This document shows, in pieces, positions 33,070-37,699 of a DNA stretch of 37,699 nt. Location: the IMG/VR virus record IMGVR_UViG_3300045988_150048; one strand, written 5' to 3'. Under the pieces are notes generated by a model, which saw only the letters and a list, made by a program, of their open reading frames with translations, was not told where the DNA came from and did no database searches. Source of the stretch: a virus. The stretch's first letter is position 1. Each line of letters starts with the position of its first letter. The translations under genes were made by a program, and so were the position numbers.

Positions 33070-33760
33070 CATTGAAAATCTGTTGCCGAAATACTATAAA
33101 AATTCAAAATATATGCACGGATTATTACATCCATGTGATGTTGAATTTGATAGATTGTACGATAAATTGGATAGAACATTGAAAAATCTATTGGTTGATG
33201 ACGCTGATGAAACAGGCATTCACGATTTTGAAACAGATTTTTTAATACCGTTGTCTGATGATACGTTGGAATTACGGCGTAGTAAAATCAAAACAAAATT
33301 TTTACATACGGCAACGACAACGTTTGAAAATCTGCAAAATATAGTTCGTGCATATGATAACGGTGCGAGTATCAGTGAAGATAATCCCAATTACAGAATA
33401 AAAATTCAAAGTTGCAAACCGTTATTACTGCAAGAAATTTTAAACAGTGTCAATGAAATCATTCCTGCACATATTGCTACCACTATTGAATTAGATGAGC
33501 AACAGTCGCAGGAACAAAAAACTGCTGTTGTCTGTATATGTGCAGTGTCAAAAACCTATGAAACTGTTGGATTTGATAATAATGTGGCTGATGATGGAAT
33601 TATAAATTGTGCGAATTTTGAAAAATTCGCAGTGATTGACGGTTGTTCCGGTGAACAAATCCAAATGGCAAAATACCGTACATTTAAAGAAATGCAACAA
33701 ATTGATTATGAAACCGCGAAAAACAAAACGTATGCAGAGCTATTGTACAAGGAGGAGTAA
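33062..33760 (+). CDS. XkdU-like tail protein (DUF2313-like)
   Basis: LLPKYYKNSKYMHGLL N-terminal motif. TTG start overlaps the end of the baseplate J gene. Confidence 0.65.
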   Translation: MTNIENLLPKYYKNSKYMHGLLHPCDVEFDRLYDKLDRTLKNLLVDDADETGIHDFETDFLIPLSDDTLELRRSKIKTKFLHTATTTFENLQNIVRAYDNGASISEDNPNYRIKIQSCKPLLLQEILNSVNEIIPAHIATTIELDEQQSQEQKTAVVCICAVSKTYETVGFDNNVADDGIINCANFEKFAVIDGCSGEQIQMAKYRTFKEMQQIDYETAKNKTYAELLYKEE

Positions 33761-33762
33761 AT

Positions 33763-34818
33763 ATGGCAGAAGAAAAAAAGATTGAGGGTTTTTCAAATAT
33801 AAAATTTACGGCATCCGGTTTGCTGCTGGAAGCAAAATTGAAAACAGGTGTACCGCTGAAGATTACCCGTGCAGTTATCGGTACGGGGTATTTAGATGAC
33901 GGTGAAGACGTAGCAAATTTGACGGCACTGAAATCTGAAATTGAATCGCATCAAACCGGAGTAACGTCATCATCTGCAACAGTTGATATTACAAATGTGT
34001 CTGTTGTGGCAGCCGGAATGACTAATTTGCGATTAAAAATAAAAAACGGCGATACACCGTTTTATCTGCGTGAAATCGGTATAATGGCACAAGACCCTGA
34101 CTTGGGTGAAATTCTATATTTGTACACAAATTGCGGTAACGGCGCACAGGCATTCCCTGTGTTTGATGGTAGCAACCATGTGTACAGAACGATTGATTTT
34201 TTGAATATTATATCAAATGCGTCAGATATAAATGTGAATGTCACATTAAAAAATGAGGTTACTCGTGAAGATTTTGAAACACACCGAACTGTAACGGTAT
34301 TAGACCACCCAGACGGTAGCGTCACATCTGAAAAATTGGCTGATGATTGTGTTACCACAGAAAAATTGGCAAGTGATATTCGTAGAAAATTTACAGACAT
34401 AAATAGTAGCATTAATCAACTTAATTCGGCAATTAAGTTAATTAATACTGCTGTGTCAACTACCTATTTGAAATATTTCTTTAGTGCCCAAATGTCTGAT
34501 TGTGATGATATTACAGATTGGGATTGCGCATCATATCAAGAATATCAAACTAATGGGTATTCAAGCAGCAGTGTTCTAAAATTAACCGATAAATCTGTTG
34601 TATTACCGACAAAAAGTGAGAATCCTATATTTTTTGTTTCATATTGTACCGATAATGATGATGAAATAGAAATTGTACAAGAATTGCTGTATAGCAATGG
34701 CAATAATTATGTGCGTAGAAAACAGTTGTGGTATTACACATCGGGTGTAACTGCAAAACCTAAATGGACAGAATGGATGTCCGGTGGCGCAATTCGTATT
34801 TTGGAAGGTGATGTATAA
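33763..34818 (+). CDS. Tail fibre protein
   Basis: N-terminal FTASGLLLEAKLKTGVPLKITRAVIGTG resembles the N-terminal domain of P2 gpH-type fibres. Sits after the baseplate genes. Confidence 0.7.
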   Translation: MAEEKKIEGFSNIKFTASGLLLEAKLKTGVPLKITRAVIGTGYLDDGEDVANLTALKSEIESHQTGVTSSSATVDITNVSVVAAGMTNLRLKIKNGDTPFYLREIGIMAQDPDLGEILYLYTNCGNGAQAFPVFDGSNHVYRTIDFLNIISNASDINVNVTLKNEVTREDFETHRTVTVLDHPDGSVTSEKLADDCVTTEKLASDIRRKFTDINSSINQLNSAIKLINTAVSTTYLKYFFSAQMSDCDDITDWDCASYQEYQTNGYSSSSVLKLTDKSVVLPTKSENPIFFVSYCTDNDDEIEIVQELLYSNGNNYVRRKQLWYYTSGVTAKPKWTEWMSGGAIRILEGDV

Positions 34819-35063
34819 TGGCAACGACAACAGAAAAAGGATTTCAAATACCGGGATATGCAGACAAGGCAGACGTTCCCGGAATGGTAAAAGACAATGT
34901 AGAAACTGCGGAAGAACATCTGAAAGCTATTTCAAAATCAATGTCAGACATATCATCTAATATTAATTCATTAGACAGTACACTGCAAATAATGAATGCA
35001 CAGTTAGGCACAATGTCAGAGACTTTAGACGAAGTAAATGGCGTGACGGAGGAAACATCATGA
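34818..35063 (+). CDS. Small coiled-coil fibre-associated protein, 81 aa
   Basis: KGFQIPGYADKADVP N-terminal motif, common in Firmicutes phage fibre proteins. Translationally coupled on both sides. Confidence 0.55.
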   Translation: MATTTEKGFQIPGYADKADVPGMVKDNVETAEEHLKAISKSMSDISSNINSLDSTLQIMNAQLGTMSETLDEVNGVTEETS

Positions 35064-36184
35064 CGATTTGTGAAAAATTCAAATTAATGATGGCATCATT
35101 TGCGGATATTAAAGCGGCTATCATTGAAAAGGGTGTCACCGTTACAGGTGGATATTCGGAATATGCTAAAAATATACGCAAAATATATTCTGATGAAAAT
35201 TACACACCAGAATATCAATATCCTACCGAAAAACCGCCGATAATGCAGTATTTAATTAATCTGTATAATCGTATAACATTCTGCTATGCGGTTAAGCAGG
35301 AAATACGACAGGCAATTATAGACGGCGGCGTTGATGTTCCTGATGATACACCGTTTTCAGAATATGGTGATAAAATCCGTCAAATACAGCGTTTTGAGAT
35401 TACGACAAGTAATTTGTATTTGGGCGAATATAAGACTGAATGCAGAAGGCAATTAACTGCACAGGGCGGAAGTTCACCGTACTCTTGGGAACAAACTTGG
35501 GGTTCCAATATTCCGGGTATCACAATGACATCAGACGGAACTATATCAGGAACACCAATGCAAACAGGCGGCTATAATTGGGGTGTTCAAGTGACCGATA
35601 GCAACGGAAAAACACTGTCCAAAGATATTTTAATCAGTGTCAGACCTAAAACGTTGAATTTCAAGCAGACTGGAGAACGTTCATTTTTATATGACGGTCA
35701 ACCGCATACAATCACGGCAGAATGTATTAATGACAGTGATGTTGAATTTGAAATTTATTTCAACGATAACGGCAGTGATGTTTTGAGCATGACAAAATGC
35801 GGTTCAAACAGAGGATATGTACGAATTACATCGGCGGATAAGTCGTGTTACAGAATAGGTGAATGTGATTTGTATATGTCAATATCAGCGAATGCTGTTA
35901 ATGTAACATCAGATAAAATCCAATCGGTAAAATACGATGGACAGCCACATAGTTTCAATGTTGAATTGTCAAAACAATGTGACGTGAATGTGAAATATAA
36001 AACGTATTCTGCGAATGATGATACATTCAATGTGAACGAGGATGAATATACAACGGTTTCACCCACCGAGATTGGGAAATATCGTGTATATATATCGTCA
36101 TCATCATACGGATATATCATTCGTGACACATATGCAGGATACAATAAATATTTCGGCATATTGAATATTACGGAGGGACAGTGA
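35060..36184 (+). CDS. Putative adhesin / receptor-binding accessory protein with Ig-like (He_PIG-like) and MBG-like repeats
   Basis: LTAQGGSSPYSWEQTWGSNIPGITMTSDGTISGTP..GGYNWGVQVTDSNG, plus two YDGQPH(T/S) motifs. Confidence 0.6.
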   Translation: MTICEKFKLMMASFADIKAAIIEKGVTVTGGYSEYAKNIRKIYSDENYTPEYQYPTEKPPIMQYLINLYNRITFCYAVKQEIRQAIIDGGVDVPDDTPFSEYGDKIRQIQRFEITTSNLYLGEYKTECRRQLTAQGGSSPYSWEQTWGSNIPGITMTSDGTISGTPMQTGGYNWGVQVTDSNGKTLSKDILISVRPKTLNFKQTGERSFLYDGQPHTITAECINDSDVEFEIYFNDNGSDVLSMTKCGSNRGYVRITSADKSCYRIGECDLYMSISANAVNVTSDKIQSVKYDGQPHSFNVELSKQCDVNVKYKTYSANDDTFNVNEDEYTTVSPTEIGKYRVYISSSSYGYIIRDTYAGYNKYFGILNITEGQ

Positions 36185-36185
36185 A

Positions 36186-36605
36186 ATGAGCAGATATTTT
36201 AAATTTGTATGGGCTGGTATGTTCCTATGCCCTGCACCGATATATTGGGTGATGTTGGGATTGGTTATCATTATTTTTGCAATAGGATTAATTGCGAATA
36301 GAATGGTTGATGATCCGTATTGCGAAGCAGAACAACAGTATAAAATCACTGTCGGTTATATTATTGAAAACGGTAAATCAGTACCGTATAAAATATTTTA
36401 TACGGACGAGCAAACCAACAAACGCACAGAAATTCCGGCTAAAAATGTGACAATTCAGCATATTAGCGATAGCATTTATGAAATTTATGTCCGTATCAAA
36501 CGACAGGACGGTGACGGCTATGATTATGCCATAGCGAAATTGAAAAAATGTTCAGATACGGAGTATAGAACAGTCAAAGTTGAGGTCGGAAGGGAAGTGA
36601 TATAA
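36186..36605 (+). CDS. Hypothetical membrane-anchored protein, 139 aa
   Basis: N-terminal hydrophobic stretch FVWAGMFLCPAPIYWVMLGLVIIIFAIGLI. RBS ggaggga. Confidence 0.6.
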   Translation: MSRYFKFVWAGMFLCPAPIYWVMLGLVIIIFAIGLIANRMVDDPYCEAEQQYKITVGYIIENGKSVPYKIFYTDEQTNKRTEIPAKNVTIQHISDSIYEIYVRIKRQDGDGYDYAIAKLKKCSDTEYRTVKVEVGREVI

Positions 36606-36826
36606 TGCGTAAAGGCAGTACAATAGCGGCAGTGGTAAGTAGCATATTCCCGACAGTATTATTTATATTATTGGGTTTGAAAGCTGACTGCACCGCAGTG
36701 TATTTCGTTGGTTGCATTGCATTTTCAATTATTGATTTTATCAATATGTCTGCGGTTTGTGCCTACAAGGAACGACAGTTGAAATATAAAAACAGTGAGG
36801 TGCGGAAGAAATGCAAAAAATCATAA
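36605..36826 (+). CDS. Hypothetical two-TM membrane protein, 73 aa
   Basis: Two hydrophobic helices and a basic tail. ATG overlaps the previous stop. Confidence 0.55.
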   Translation: MRKGSTIAAVVSSIFPTVLFILLGLKADCTAVYFVGCIAFSIIDFINMSAVCAYKERQLKYKNSEVRKKCKKS

Positions 36827-37299
36827 ATAGACTGAAAAAAATGGGGTTATCGGCTACACAGATAATATTTAATCTGGTTACATCGGGATTGATATGCTGT
36901 ACTACGGTATCAGGACATAGTATGATGCCGACAGTGCATGATGGTGACAGGTTACTGTATAATCCATTTTTCAAAAATGTTGAACGTGGTGATGTTGTAG
37001 TTATTTCGCATGGTGGTGATATGTTGATTAAACGTGTTATTGCTATTGGCGGTGACCATTTGACGATTAGTACATATGGCAGTGTAGCGATAAATGGTGA
37101 ATGGCAGAACGAAACATACATAAATCCGCAGGAACAATCAGGCGAAAGCATTGACATTACAATCCCTGATAATGAATTGTGGGTAATGGGCGACAACAGG
37201 GGACACAGTTTAGATAGCCGTAATTTTGGTACTGTGAAAATGGGTGACGTGGCAGGAGTAGTGATAATACGGAAAAATGGAGGCAATGATGGAAAATGA
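36811..37299 (+). CDS. Type I signal peptidase (S26 family)
   Basis: N-terminal TM segment. Box B SGHSMMPT (Ser nucleophile), box D GDMLIKRVIAIGGD (Lys), box E GDNRGHSLDSR. Confidence 0.85.
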   Translation: MQKIINRLKKMGLSATQIIFNLVTSGLICCTTVSGHSMMPTVHDGDRLLYNPFFKNVERGDVVVISHGGDMLIKRVIAIGGDHLTISTYGSVAINGEWQNETYINPQEQSGESIDITIPDNELWVMGDNRGHSLDSRNFGTVKMGDVAGVVIIRKNGGNDGK

Positions 37300-37570
37300 G
37301 CAAAAAGAAATGTGGGAACGTCTGACGGCGGTGGAGCAGTCCACCAAATCGGCACACCACAGAATTGACACTCTGGACAAACTAACCGAGAGCGTCCACA
37401 TCATAGCTACGGAAACAAAGGCTATGCGTGAGGACGTGAATGACATCACGGAACGTGTAGACGAAATCGAAAAGAAACCTAACAAACGATATGAAACAGT
37501 AGTCGCCGCTATTATTACGGCGTTAGTAGGCGGTTTGATAGGTTATTTTGTTAAAATGTTAGGATTTTAG
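37289..37570 (+). CDS. xhlA: XhlA-like lysis-associated membrane protein
   Basis: Coiled-coil N-terminus plus a C-terminal TM segment (VVAAIITALVGGLIGYFV). Sits directly upstream of holin and amidase, as in PBSX xhlA-xhlB-xlyA. Start could be 37277, 37286 or 37289. Confidence 0.65.
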   Translation: MENEQKEMWERLTAVEQSTKSAHHRIDTLDKLTESVHIIATETKAMREDVNDITERVDEIEKKPNKRYETVVAAIITALVGGLIGYFVKMLGF

Positions 37571-37591
37571 TATTTTAGGAGGTACATAAAA

Positions 37592-37699
37592 ATGAAAGAT
37601 TGGTTTAAAGCGGCAGGAATAAGAGCAATCAAGACGATTGCACAGACAGCAGTTGCCACTATAGGTACTGCGGTAGCTATGGGAGATGTAAATTGGGTA
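37592..37699 (+). CDS. Holin, r1t-type, 5' portion (continues at 56..148 after the overlap)
   Basis: RBS aggagg lies 7 nt upstream. MKDWFKAAGIRAIKTIAQTAVATIGTAVAMGDVNWV runs off the window end in frame. Confidence 0.8.
   Translation, partial: MKDWFKAAGIRAIKTIAQTAVATIGTAVAMGDVNWV
37645..37699. repeat. Terminal overlap copy 2 (identical to 1..55)
   Basis: Exact 55-nt identity with the window start. It lies inside the holin ORF. Confidence 0.97.

Larger units (their letters stand above)
1..37699. mobile_element. Complete circularly permuted temperate phage genome (myovirus-type, PBSX/phiCD119-like tail module); unit length 37,644 bp
   Basis: Contiguous lysis, lysogeny, replication, packaging, head, tail and baseplate modules. 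The 55-nt ends are identical and a holin ORF is continuous across the junction. Confidence 0.9.

Noticed and set aside
33763-36184. An invertible tail-fibre segment (shufflon/Gin-Cin-like) or a diversity-generating retroelement as the target of the extra tyrosine recombinase.
   Set aside because: No reverse transcriptase gene is present. There are no duplicated fibre C-terminal cassettes, and no inverted repeats are visible by eye in this interval. This cannot be excluded without a computational repeat search, so it is listed as a check under the recombinase finding.
1-37699. tRNA, rRNA, tmRNA or group I intron content.
   Set aside because: No cloverleaf-like or conserved rRNA sequence stretches were noticed. 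All larger gaps are AT-rich regulatory regions. A tRNAscan/Infernal run would be needed for certainty.

Overview
The window is a complete, circularly permuted genome of a temperate contractile-tailed phage from a low-GC Firmicutes (Clostridia-like) host. The first 55 nt are identical to the last 55 nt, and one holin ORF reads in frame across that junction. The contig is therefore circular, with a unit length of 37,644 bp. Gene order, starting from the junction:
- Lysis cassette: XhlA-like protein, r1t-type holin, Amidase_3 endolysin.
- AT-rich accessory ('moron') region, with a minus-strand three-gene operon ending in an HTH and a small RHH cassette.
- Lysogeny operon on the minus strand: CI-like repressor, membrane-anchored DEDDh exonuclease, ImmA-type metalloprotease, large serine integrase.
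- Divergent-promoter switch with four 15-bp operators, and a Cro-like gene.
- Replication module: SSB, replisome organizer, DnaB helicase, and a phage-encoded DnaN sliding clamp.
- Several HTH regulators and a sigma-region-4-like putative late activator.
- A structured leader ending in a strong terminator.
- An orphan N6-adenine methyltransferase, a very basic 55-aa ORF, and a short tyrosine recombinase.
- Packaging and head genes: HNH endonuclease, TerS (P27 family), TerL, portal, ClpP-type protease, HK97-type capsid protein, connector proteins.
- PBSX-like tail and baseplate genes: sheath, tube, XkdN-like chaperone with a -1 frameshift site, tape measure, XkdP/Q/R/S/T/U-like proteins.
- Fibre and adhesin genes, then two small membrane proteins and a type I signal peptidase just before the lysis genes.

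No rRNA, tRNA or CRISPR array was seen. The candidates I rank highest for unexplained biology are:
1. The acr-aca-like operon, driven by a consensus promoter with an embedded operator (1005-1965).
2. The membrane-anchored exonuclease inside the immunity operon (4589-5707).
3. The methyltransferase, basic peptide and mini tyrosine recombinase cluster behind a terminated leader (13835-16386).
4. The signal peptidase I and membrane-protein cassette (36186-37299).
5. An SLH-like wall-binding module shared by the endolysin and a baseplate protein.

All functional calls come from motif recognition and synteny read by eye. No database search was run.
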